Positions 1 to 15,000 of a DNA stretch of 64,000 nucleotides are shown one piece after another. Location of the stretch: the NCBI GenBank assembly GCA_964016885.1, contig CAXHJY010001327.1, positions 277,421 to 341,420 on the forward strand. The letters run 5' to 3'. Position 1 is the first letter of the stretch. Every line of letters starts with the position of its first letter. The notes beneath the pieces are model-generated. The model worked only from the letters and a program-made list of their open reading frames with translations. It was not told the DNA's origin and searched no databases. Origin of the DNA: Eledone cirrhosa (Eukaryota). The translations under genes were made by a program, and so were the position numbers.

Positions 1-3000
1 CCATGAATATAAAACTAGTAATGACTGTTACAATGAAATATAGTTCTAGTAATGACTGTTACAATGAAATATAGAACTGGTAATGACTGTTACAATGAAA
101 TATAAAACTAGTAATGACTGTTACAATGAAATATAAAACTAATAATGACTTATAATGAAATATAGAATTAGTAATGACAGTTACAATGAAATATAAAACT
201 AGTAATGACTGTTACAATGAAATATAAAACTAGTAATGACTGTTACAATGAACTATAAAACTAGTAATGACTGTTACAATGAACTATAAAACTAGTAATG
301 ACTGTTACAATGAAATATAGTACTAGAAATGACTGTTACAATGAATATAAAACTAGTAATGACTGTTACCATGAATATAAAACTAGTAATGACTTACCAT
401 GAATATAAAGCTAGTAATGACTGTTACAATGAAATATAGTTCTAGTAATGACTGTTACAATGAAATATAGTTCTAGTAATGACTGTTACAATGAAATATA
501 GTTCTAGTAATGACTGTTACAATGAAATATAGATCTACTAATGACTGTTACAATGAAATATAGAACTAGTATTGACTGCGACAATGAAATATAGAATTAG
601 TAATGACTGTCACAATGAAATATAGTTCTAGTAATGACTGTTCCAATGAAATATAGAACTAGTAATGACTGTTACAATGAAATATACAACTAGTAATGAC
701 TGTTACAATGAAATATAGAACAAGTAATGACTGTTACGATGAAATATAGAACTATTAATGACTGTTACAATGAAAAATAGAATTAGGAATGACTGTCACA
801 ATGAAATATAGAACTAGTAATGACTGTTACAATGAAATATAGAACTAGTAATGACTGTTACAATGAAATATAGAACTAGTAATGACTGTTACATTGAAAT
901 ATAAAACTAGTAATGGCTATTACAATGAAATATAGAACTAGTAATGGCTATTACAATGAAATATAGAACTAGTAATGACTGTTACATTGAAATATAAAAC
1001 TAGTAATGGCTTTTACAATGAAATATAGAACTAGTAATGACTTATAATGAAGTATAGAATTAGTAATGACTGTTACAATGAATATAAAACTAGTAATGAC
1101 TGTTACCATGAATATAAAACTAGTAATGACTGTTACAATGAATATAAAACTAGTAATGACTGTTACAATGAATATAAAACTAGTAATGACTGTTACAATG
1201 AATATAAAACTAGTAATGACTGTTATAATGAAACATAGAACTAGTAATGACTGTTATAATGAAATATAGAACTAGTAATGACTGTTACAATGAAATATAG
1301 AACTAGTAATGACTGTTACAATGAAATATAGAACTAGTAATGACTGTTACAATGAAATATAGAACTAGTAATGACTGTTACATTGAAATATAAAACTAGT
1401 AATGGCTATTACAATGAAATATAGAACTAGTAATGACTGTTACATTGAAATATAAAACTAGTAATGGCGTTTACAATGAAATATAGAACTAGTAATGACT
1501 GTTACAATGAAATATAAAACTAGTAATGACTTATAATGAAATATAGAATTAGTAATGACTGTTACAATGAAATATAAAACTAGTAATGACTGTTACAATG
1601 AAATATTGAACAAGTAATGACTGTTACAATGAAATATAAAACTAGTAATGACTGTTACAACGAACTATAAAACTAGTAATGACTGTTACAATGAAATATA
1701 GTACTAGAAATGACTGTTACAATGAATATAAAACTAGTAATGACTGTTACCATGAATATAAAACTAGTAATGACTTACCATGAATATAAAACTAGTAATG
1801 ACTGTTACAATGAAAAATAGTTCTAGTAATGACAGTTACAATGAAATATAGTTCTAGTAATGACTGTTATAATGAAATATAGAACTGGTAATGACTGTTA
1901 CAATGAAATATAGAACGAGTATTGACTGTGGCAATGAAATATAGAATTAGTAATGACTGTCACAATGAAATATAGTTCTAGTAATGACGGTTACAATGAA
2001 ATATAGAACTAGTAATGACTGTTACAATGAAATATAGAACTAGTAATGACTGTTACAATGAAATATAGAACTAGTAATGACTGTTACAATGAAATATACA
2101 ACTATTAATGACTGTTACAATGAAATAATGAACTAGTGATGACTGTTACAATGAAATAATGAACTAGTCATGACTGTTACAATGAAATATAAAACTAGTA
2201 ATGACTGTTACAATGAAATATAGTACTAGTAATGACTGTTACAATGAATATAAAACTAGTAATGACTGTTACCATGAATATAAAACTAGTAATGACTTAC
2301 CATGAATATAAAACTAGTAATGACTGTTACAATGAAATAATGAACTAGTAATGACTGTTACAATGAAATATAAAACTAGTAATGACTGTTAAAATGAAAT
2401 ATAGTACTAGTAATGACTGTTACAATGAATATAAAACTAGTAATGACTGTTACCATGAATATAAAACTAGTAATGACTGTTACCATGAATATAAAACTAG
2501 TAATGACTGTTACAATGAAATATAGTTCTAGTAATGACTGTTACAATGAAATATAGAACTGGTAATGACTGTTACAATGAAATATAAAACTAGTAATGAC
2601 TGTTACAATGAAATATAAAACTACTAATGACTTATAATGAAATATAGAATTAGTAATGACTGTTACAATGAAATATAAAACTAGTAATGACTGTTACAAT
2701 GAAATATTGAACTAGTAATGACTGTTACAATGAAATATAAAACAAGTAATGACTGTTACAATGAACTATAAAACTAGTAATGACTGTTACAATGAAATAT
2801 AGTACTAGTAATGACTGTTACAATGAATATAAAACTAGTAATGACTGTTACAATGAATATAAAACTAGTAATGACAGTTACAATGAATATAAAACTAGTA
2901 ATGACTGTTACAATGAAATATAGAACAAGTAATGACTGTTACAATGAAATATAGAACTAGTAATGACTGTTACATTGAAATATAAAACTAGTAATGGCTA

Positions 3001-6000
3001 TTACAATGAAATATAGAACTAGTAATGACTGTTACAATGAAATATAAAACTAGTAATGACTGTTACGATCAAATATAAAACTAGTAATGACTGTTACAAT
3101 CAAATATAAAACTAGTAATGACTTATTAGGAAATATAGAATTAGTAATGACTGTTACAATGAAATATAAAACTAGTAATGACTGTTACAATGAAATATAG
3201 TACTAGTAATGACTGTTACAATGAATATAAAACTAGTAATGACTGTTACCATGAATATAAAACTAGTAATGACTGTCACCATGAATATAAAACTAGTAAT
3301 GACTGTTACAATGAAAAATAGTTCTAGTAATGACAGTTACAATGAAATATAGTTCTAGTAATGACTGTTATAATGAAATATAGAACTGGTAATGACTGTT
3401 ACAATGAAATATAGAACGAGTATTGACTGTGGCAATGAAATATAGAATTAGTAATGACTGTCACAATGAAATATAGTTCTAGTAATGACGGTTACAATGA
3501 AATATAGAACTAGTAATGACTGTTACAATGAAATATAGAACTAGTAATGACTGTTACAATGAAATATAGAACTAGTAATGACTGTTACAATGAAATATAC
3601 AACTATTAATGACTGTTACAATGAAATAATGAACTAGTGATGACTGTTACAATGAAATAATGAACTAGTCATGACTGTTACAATGAAATATAAAACTAGT
3701 AATGACTGTTACAATGAAATATAGTACTAGTAATGACTGTTACAATGAATATAAAACTAGTAATGACTGTTACCATGAATATAAAACTAGTAATGACTTA
3801 CCATGAATATAAAACTAGTAATGACTGTTACAATGAAATAATGAACTAGTAATGACTGTTACAATGAAATATAAAACTAGTAATGACTGTTACAATGAAA
3901 TATAGTACTAGTAATGACTGTTACAATGAATATAAAACTAGTAATGACTGTTACCATGAATATAAAACTAGTAATGACTGTTACCATGAATATAAAACTA
4001 GTAATGACTGTTACAATGAAATATAGTTCTAGTAATGACTGTTACAATGAAATATAGAACTGGTAATGACTGTTACAATGAAATATAAAACTAGTAATGA
4101 CTGTTACAATGAAATATAAAACTACTAACGACTTATAATGAAATATAGAATTAGTAATGACTGTTACAATGAAATATAAAACTAGTAATGACTGTTACAA
4201 TGAAATATTGAACTAGTAATGACTGTTACAATGAAATATAAAACAAGTAATGACTGTTACAATGAACTATAAAACTAGTAATGACTGTTACAATGAAATA
4301 TAGTACTAGTAATGACTGTTACAATAAATATAAAACTAGTAAGGACTGTTACAATGAATATAAAACTAGTAATGACTGTTACAATGAATATAAAACTAGT
4401 AATGACTGTTACAATGAAATATAGAACAAGTAATGACTGTTACAATGAAATATAGAACTAGTAATGACTGTTACATTGAAATATAAAACTAGTAATGGCT
4501 ATTACAATGAAATATAGAACTAGTAATGACTGTTACAATGAAATATAAAACTAGTAATGACTGTTACGATCAAATATAAAACTAGTAATGACTGTTACAA
4601 TCAAATATAAAACTAGTAATGACTTATTAGGAAATATAGAATTAGTAATGACTGTTACAATGAAATATAAAACTAGTAATGACTGTTACAATGAAATAAT
4701 GAACTAGTAATGACTGTTACAATGAAATATAAAACTAGTAATGACTGTTACAATGAAATATAGTACTAGTAATGACTGTTACAATGAATATAAAACTAGT
4801 AATGACTGTTACCATGAATATAAAACTAGTAATGACTGTGACCATGAATATAAAACTAGTAATGACTGTTACAATGAAATAATGAACTAGTAATGACTGT
4901 TACAATGAAATATAAAACCAGTAATGACTGTTACCATGAATATAAAACTAGTAATGACTGTTACCATGAATATAAAACTAGTAATGACTGTTACAATGAA
5001 ATATAGTTCTAGTAATGACTGTTACAATGAAATATAGAACTGGCAATGACTGTTACAATGAAATATAAAACTAGTAATGACTGTTACAATGAAATATAAA
5101 ACTAGTAATGACTGTTACAATGAAATATAAAACTAATAATGACTTATAATGAAATATAGAATTAGTAATGACTGTTACAATGAAATATAAAACTAGTAAT
5201 GACTGTTACAATGAAATATAAAACTAGTAATAACTGTTACAATGAACTATAAAACTAGTAATGACCGTTACAATGAACTATAAAACTAGTAATGACTGTT
5301 ACAATGAAATATAGTACTAGAAATGACTGTTACAATGAATATAAAACTAGAAATGACTGTTACCATGAATATAAAACTAGTAATGACTTACCATGAATAT
5401 AAAACTAGTAATGACTGTTACAATGAAATATAGTTCTAGTAATGACTGTTACAATGAAATATAGTTCTAGTAATGACTGTTACAATGAAATATAGAACTG
5501 GTAATGACTGTTACCATGAATATGAAACTAGTAATGACTGTTACAATGAATATAAAACTAGTAATGACTGTTACAATGAATATAAAACTAGTAATGACTG
5601 TTATAATGAAATATAGAACTAGTAATGACTGTTACAATGAAATATAGAACTAGTAATGACTGTTACAATGAAATATAGAACTAGTAATGACTGTTACAAT
5701 GAAATATAGAACTAGTAATGACTGTTACATTGAAATATAAAACTAGTAATGGCTATTACAATGAAATATAGAACTAGTAATGACTGTTACATTGAAATAT
5801 AAAACTAGTAATGGCTTTTACAATGAAATATAGAACTTGTAATGACTGTTACAATGAAATATAGTACTAGAAATGACTGTTACAATGAATATAAAACTAG
5901 TAATGACTGTTACCATGAATATAAAACTAGTAATGACTGTTACCATGAATATAAAACTAGTAATGACTTATAATGAAATATAGAATTAGTAATGACTGTT

Positions 6001-9000
6001 ACAATGAAATATAAAACTAGTAATGACTGTTACAATGAAATATTGAACAAGTAATGACTGTTACAATGAAATATAAAACTAGTAATGACTGTTACAACGA
6101 ACTATAAAACTAGTAATGACTGTTACAATGAAATATAGTACTAGAAATGACTGTTACAATGAATATAAAACTAGTAATGACTGTTACCATGAATATAAAA
6201 CTAGTAATGACTTACCATGAATATAAAACTAGTAATGACTGTTACAATGAAAAATAGTTCTAGTAATGACTGTTACAATGAAATATAGTTCTAGTAATGA
6301 CTGTTATAATGAAATATAGAACTGGTAATGACTGTTACAATGAAATATAGAACGAGTATTGACTGTGGCAATGAAATATAGAATTAGTAATGACTGTCAC
6401 AATGAAATATAGTTCTAGTAATGACGGTTACAATGAAATATAGAACTAGTAATGACTGTTACAATGAAATATAGAACTAGTAATGACTGTTACAATGAAA
6501 TATAGAACTAGTAATGACTGTTACAATGAAATATACAACTATTAATGACTGTTACAATGAAATAATGAACTAGTGATGACTGTTACAATGAAATAATGAA
6601 CTAGTCATGACTGTTACAATGAAATATAAAACTAGTAATGACTGTTACAATGAAATATAGTACTAGTAATGACTGTTACAATGAATATAAAACTAGTAAT
6701 GACTGTTACCATGAATATAAAACTAGTAATGACTTACCATGAATATAAAACTAGTAATGACTGTTACAATGAAATATAGTTCTAGTAATGACTGTTACAA
6801 TGAAATATAGAACTGGTAATGACTGTTACAATGAAATATAAAACTAGTAATGACTGTTACAATGAAATATAAAACTACTAATGACTTATAATGAAATATA
6901 GAATTAGTAATGACTGTTACAATGAAATATAAAACTAGTAATGACTGTTACAATGAAATATTGAACTAGTAATGACTGTTACAATGAAATATAAAACTAG
7001 TAATGACTGTTACAATGAACTATAAAACTAGTAATGACTGTTACAATGAAATATAGTACTAGTAATGACTGTTACAATGAATATAAAACTAGTAATGACT
7101 GTTACAATGAATATAAAACTAGTAATGACTATTATAATGAAATATAGAACAAGTAATGACTGTTACAATGAAATATAGAACTAGTAATGACTGTTACATT
7201 GAAATATAAAACTAGTAATGGCTATTACAATGAAATATAGAACTAGTAATGACTGTTACAATGAAATATAGAACTAGTAATGACTGTTACAATCAAATAT
7301 AAAACTAGTAATGACTGTTACAATCAAATATAAAACTAGTAATGACTTATAATGAAATATAGAATTAGTAATGACTGTTACAATGAAATATAAAACTAGT
7401 AATGACTGTTACAATGAAATAATGAACTAGTAATGACTGTTACAATGAAATATAAAACTAGTAATGACTGTTACAATGAAATATAGTACTAGTAATGACT
7501 GTTACAATGAATATAAAACTAGTAATGACTGTTACCATGAATATAAAACTAGTAATGACTGTGACCATGAATATAAAACTAGTAATGACTGTGACCATGA
7601 ATATAAAACTAGTAATGACTGTTACAATGAAATATAAAACCAGTAATGACTTACCATGAATATAAAACTAGTAATGACTGTTACCATGAATATAAAACTA
7701 GTAATGACTGTTACAATGAAATATAGTTCTAGTAATGACTGTTACAATGAAATATAGAACTGGTAATGACTGTTACAATGAAATATAAAACTAGTAATGA
7801 CTGTTACAATGAAATATAAAACTAATAATGACTTATAATGAAATATAGAATTAGTAATGACAGTTACAATGAAATATAAAACTAGTAATGACTGTTACAA
7901 TGAAATATAAAACTAGTAATGACTGTTACAATGAACTATAAAACTAGTAATGACTGTTACAATGAACTATAAAACTAGTAATGACTGTTACAATGAAATA
8001 TAGTACTAGAAATGACTGTTACAATGAATATAAAACTAGTAATGACTGTTACCATGAATATAAAACTAGTAATGACTTACAATGAAATATAGTTCTAGTA
8101 ATGACTGTTACAATGAAATATAGTTCTAGTAATGACTGTTACAATGAAATATAGTTCTAGTAATGACTGTTACAATGAAATATAGTTCTAGTAATGACTG
8201 TTACAATGAAATATAGATCTACTAATGACTGTTACAATGAAATATAGAACTAGTATTGACTGCGACAATGAAATATAGAATTAGTAATGACTGTCACAAT
8301 GAAATATAGTTCTAGTAATGACTGTTACAATGAAATATAGAACTAGTAATGACTGTTACAATGAAATATACAACTAGTAATGACTGTTACAATGAAATAT
8401 AGAACAAGTAATGACTGTTACAATGAAATATAGAACTAGTAATGACTGTTACAATGAAAAATAGAATTAGGAATGACTGTCACAATGAAATATAGAACTA
8501 GTAATGACTGTTACAATGAAATATAGAACTAGTAATGACTGTTACAATGAAATATAGAACTAGTAATGACTGTTACATTGAAATATAAAACTAGTAATGG
8601 CTATTACAATGAAATATAGAACTAGTAATGGCTATTACAATGAAATATAGAACTAGTAATGACTGTTACATTGAAATATAAAACAAGTAATGGCTTTTAC
8701 AATGAAATATAGAACTAGTAATGACTTATAATGAAGTATAGAATTAGTAATGACTGTTACAATGAATATAAAACTAGTAATGACTGTTACCATGAATATA
8801 AAACTAGTAATGACTGTTACAATGAATATAAAACTAGTAATGACTGTTACAATGAATATAAAACTAGTAATGACTGTTACAATGAATATAAAACTAGTAA
8901 TGACTGTTATAATGAAACATAGAACTAGTAATGACTGTTATAATGAAATATAGAACTAGTAATGACTGTTACAATGAAATATAGAACTAGTAATGACTGT

Positions 9001-12000
9001 TACAATGAAATATAGAACTAGTAATGACTGTTACAATGAAATATAGAACTAGTAATGACTGTTACATTGAAATATAAAACTAGTAATGGCTATTACAATG
9101 AAATATAGAACTAGTAATGACTGTTACATTGAAATATAAAACTAGTAATGGCGTTTACAATGAAATATAGAACTAGTAATGACTGTTACAATGAAATATA
9201 AAACTAGTAATGACTTATAATGAAATATAGAATTAGTAATGACTGTTACAATGAAATATAAAACTAGTAATGACTGTTACAATGAAATATTGAACAAGTA
9301 ATGACTGTTACAATGAAATATAAAACTAGTAATGACTGTTACAACGAACTATAAAACTAGTAATGACTGTTACAATGAAATATAGTACTAGAAATGACTG
9401 TTACAATGAATATAAAACTAGTAATGACTGTTACCATGAATATAAAACTAGTAATGACTTACCATGAATATAAAACTAGTAATGACTGTTACAATGAAAA
9501 ATAGTTCTAGTAATGACAGTTACAATGAAATATAGTTCTAGTAATGACTGTTATAATGAAATATAGAACTGGTAATGACTGTTACAATGAAATATAGAAC
9601 GAGTATTGACTGTGGCAATGAAATATAGAATTAGTAATGACTGTCACAATGAAATATAGTTCTAGTAATGACGGTTACAATGAAATATAGAACTAGTAAT
9701 GACTGTTACAATGAAATATAGAACTAGTAATGACTGTTACAATGAAATATAGAACTAGTAATGACTGTTACAATGAAATATACAACTATTAATGACTGTT
9801 ACAATGAAATAATGAACTAGTGATGACTGTTACAATGAAATAATGAACTAGTCATGACTGTTACAATGAAATATAAAACTAGTAATGACTGTTACAATGA
9901 AATATAGTACTAGTAATGACTGTTACAATGAATATAAAACTAGTAATGACTGTTACCATGAATATAAAACTAGTAATGACTTACCATGAATATAAAACTA
10001 GTAATGACTGTTACAATGAAATAATGAACTAGTAATGACTGTTACAATGAAATATAAAACTAGTAATGACTGTTACAATGAAATATAGTACTAGTAATGA
10101 CTGTTACAATGAATATAAAACTAGTAATGACTGTTACCATGAATATAAAACTAGTAATGACTGTTACCATGAATATAAAACTAGTAATGACTGTTACAAT
10201 GAAATATAGTTCTAGTAATGACTGTTACAATGAAATATAGAACTGGTAATGACTGTTACAATGAAATATAAAACTAGTAATGACTGTTACAATGAAATAT
10301 AAAACTACTAATGACTTATAATGAAATATAGAATTAGTAATGACTGTTACAATGAAATATAAAACTAGTAATGACTGTTACAATGAAATATTGAACTAGT
10401 AATGACTGTTACAATGAAATATAAAACAAGTAATGACTGTTACAATGAACTATAAAACTAGTAATGACTGTTACAATGAAATATAGTACTAGTAATGACT
10501 GTTACAATGAATATAAAACTAGTAATGACTGTTACAATGAATATAAAACTAGTAATGACTGTTACAATGAATATAAAACTAGTAATGACTGTTACAATGA
10601 AATATAGAACAAGTAATGACTGTTACAATGAAATATAGAACTAGTAATGACTGTTACATTGAAATATAAAACTAGTAATGGCTATTACAATGAAATATAG
10701 AACTAGTAATGACTGTTACAATGAAATATAAAACTAGTAATGACTGTTACGATCAAATATAAAACTAGTAATGACTGTTACAATCAAATATAAAACTAGT
10801 AATGACTTATTAGGAAATATAGAATTAGTAATGACTGTTACAATGAAATATAAAACTAGTAATGACTGTTACAATGAAATATAGTACTAGTAATGACTGT
10901 TACAATGAATATAAAACTAGTAATGACTGTTACCATGAATATAAAACTAGTAATGACTGTCACCATGAATATAAAACTAGTAATGACTGTTACAATGAAA
11001 TAATGAACTAGTAATGACTGTTACAATGAAATATAAAACCAGTAATGACTGTTACCATGAATATAAAACTAGTAATGACTGTTACCATGAATATAAAACT
11101 AGTAATGACTGTTACAATGAAATATAGTTCTAGTAATGACTGTTACAATGAAATATAGAACTGGCAATGACTGTTACAATGAAATATAAAACTAGTAATG
11201 ACTGTTACAATGAAATATAAAACTAGTAATGACTGTTACAATGAAATATAAAACTAATAATGACTTATAATGAAATATAGAATTAGTAATGACTGTTACA
11301 ATGAAATATAAAACTAGTAATGACTGTTACAATGAAATATAAAACTAGTAATAACTGTTACAATGAACTATAAAACTAGTAATGACCGTTACAATGAACT
11401 ATAAAACTAGTAATGACTGTTACAATGAAATATAGTACTAGAAATGACTGTTACAATGAATATAAAACTAGAAATGACTGTTACCATGAATATAAAACTA
11501 GTAATGACTTACCATGAATATAAAACTAGTAATGACTGTTACAATGAAATATAGTTCTAGTAATGACTGTTACAATGAAATATAGTTCTAGTAATGACTG
11601 TTACAATGAAATATAGAACTGGTAATGACTGTTACCATGAATATGAAACTAGTAATGACTGTTACAATGAATATAAAACTAGTAATGACTGTTACAATGA
11701 ATATAAAACTAGTAATGACTGTTATAATGAAATATAGAACTAGTAATGACTGTTACAATGAAATATAGAACTAGTAATGACTGTTACAATGAAATATAGA
11801 ACTAGTAATGACTGTTACAATGAAATATAGAACTAGTAATGACTGTTACATTGAAATATAAAACTAGTAATGGCTATTACAATGAAATATAGAACTAGTA
11901 ATGACTGTTACATTGAAATATAAAACTAGTAATGGCTTTTACAATGAAATATAGAACTTGTAATGACTGTTACAATGAAATATAGTACTAGAAATGACTG

Positions 12001-15000
12001 TTACAATGAATATAAAACTAGTAATGACTGTTACCATGAATATAAAACTAGTAATGACTTATAATGAAATATAGAATTAGTAATGACTGTTACAATGAAA
12101 TATAAAACTAGTAATGACTGTTACAATGAAATATTGAACAAGTAATGACTGTTACAATGAAATATAAAACTAGTAATGACTGTTACAACGAACTATAAAA
12201 CTAGTAATGACTGTTACAATGAAATATAGTACTAGAAATGACTGTTACAATGAATATAAAACTAGTAATGACTGTTACCATGAATATAAAACTAGTAATG
12301 ACTTACCATGAATATAAAACTAGTAATGACTGTTACAATGAAAAATAGTTCTAGTAATGACTGTTACAATGAAATATAGTTCTAGTAATGACTGTTATAA
12401 TGAAATATAGAACTGGTAATGACTGTTACAATGAAATATAGAACGAGTATTGACTGTGGCAATGAAATATAGAATTAGTAATGACTGTCACAATGAAATA
12501 TAGTTCTAGTAATGACGGTTACAATGAAATATAGAACTAGTAATGACTGTTACAATGAAATATAGAACTAGTAATGACTGTTACAATGAAATATAGAACT
12601 AGTAATGACTGTTACAATGAAATATACAACTATTAATGACTGTTACAATGAAATAATGAACTAGTGATGACTGTTACAATGAAATAATGAACTAGTCATG
12701 ACTGTTACAATGAAATATAAAACTAGTAATGACTGTTACAATGAAATATAGTACTAGTAATGACTGTTACAATGAATATAAAACTAGTAATGACTGTTAC
12801 CATGAATATAAAACTAGTAATGACTTACCATGAATATAAAACTAGTAATGACTGTTACAATGAAATATAGTTCTAGTAATGACTGTTACAATGAAATATA
12901 GAACTGGTAATGACTGTTACAATGAAATATAAAACTAGTAATGACTGTTACAATGAAATATAAAACTACTAATGACTTATAATGAAATATAGAATTAGTA
13001 ATGACTGTTACAATGAAATATAAAACTAGTAATGACTGTTACAATGAAATATTGAACTAGTAATGACTGTTACAATGAAATATAAAACTAGTAATGACTG
13101 TTACAATGAACTATAAAACTAGTAATGACTGTTACAATGAAATATAGTACTAGTAATGACTGTTACAATGAATATAAAACTAGTAATGACTGTTACAATG
13201 AATATAAAACTAGTAATGACTATTATAATGAAATATAGAACAAGTAATGACTGTTACAATGAAATATAGAACTAGTAATGACTGTTACATTGAAATATAA
13301 AACTAGTAATGGCTATTACAATGAAATATAGAACTAGTAATGACTGTTACAATGAAATATAGAACTAGTAATGACTGTTACAATCAAATATAAAACTAGT
13401 AATGACTGTTACAATCAAATATAAAACTAGTAATGACTTATAATGAAATATAGAATTAGTAATGACTGTTACAATGAAATATAAAACTAGTAATGACTGT
13501 TACAATGAAATAATGAACTAGTAATGACTGTTACAATGAAATATAAAACTAGTAATGACTGTTACAATGAAATATAGTACTAGTAATGACTGTTACAATG
13601 AATATAAAACTAGTAATGACTGTTACCATGAATATAAAACTAGTAATGACTGTGACCATGAATATAAAACTAGTAATGACTGTGACCATGAATATAAAAC
13701 TAGTAATGACTGTTACAATGAAATATAAAACCAGTAATGACTTACCATGAATATAAAACTAGTAATGACTGTTACCATGAATATAAAACTAGTAATGACT
13801 GTTACAATGAAATATAGTTCTAGTAATGACTGTTACAATGAAATATAGAACTGGTAATGACTGTTACAATGAAATATAAAACTAGTAATGACTGTTACAA
13901 TGAAATATAAAACTAATAATGACTTATAATGAAATATAGAATTAGTAATGACTGTTACAATGAAATATAAAACTAGTAATGACTGTTACAATGAAATATA
14001 AAACTAGTAATGACTGTTACAATGAACTATAAAACTAGTAATGACTGTTACAATGAACTATAAAACTAGTAATGACTGTTACAATGAAATATAGTACTAG
14101 AAATGACTGTTACAATGAATATAAAACTAGTAATGACTGTTACCATGAATATAAAACTAGTAATGACTTACCATGAATATAAAACTAGTAATGACTGTTA
14201 CAATGAAATATAGTTCTAGTAATGACTGTTACAATGAAATATAGTTCTAGTAATGACTGTTACAATGAAATATAGTTCTAGTAATGACTGTTACAATGAA
14301 ATATAGATCTACTAATGACTGTTACAATGAAATATAGAACTAGTATTGACTGCGACAATGAAATATAGAATTAGTAATGACTGTCACAATGAAATATAGT
14401 TCTAGTAATGACTGTTACAATGAAATATAGAACTAGTAATGACTGTTACAATGAAATATACAACTAGTAATGACTGTTACAATGAAATATAGAACAAGTA
14501 ATGACTGTTACAATGAAATATAGAACTAGTAATGACTGTTACAATGAAAAATAGAATTAGGAATGACTGTCACAATGAAATATAGAACTAGTAATGACTG
14601 TTACAATGAAATATAGAACTAGTAATGACTGTTACAATGAAATATAGAACTAGTAATGACTGTTACATTGAAATATAAAACTAGTAATGGCTATTACAAT
14701 GAAATATAGAACTAGTAATGGCTATTACAATGAAATATAGAACTAGTAATGACTGTTACATTGAAATATAAAACTAGTAATGGCTTTTACAATGAAATAT
14801 AGAACTAGTAATGACTTATAATGAAGTATAGAATTAGTAATGACTGTTACAATGAATATAAAACTAGTAATGACTGTTACCATGAATATAAAACTAGTAA
14901 TGACTGTTACAATGAATATAAAGCTAGTAATGACTGTTACAATGAATATAAAACTAGTAATGACTGTTACAATGAATATAAAACTAGTAATGACTGTTAT

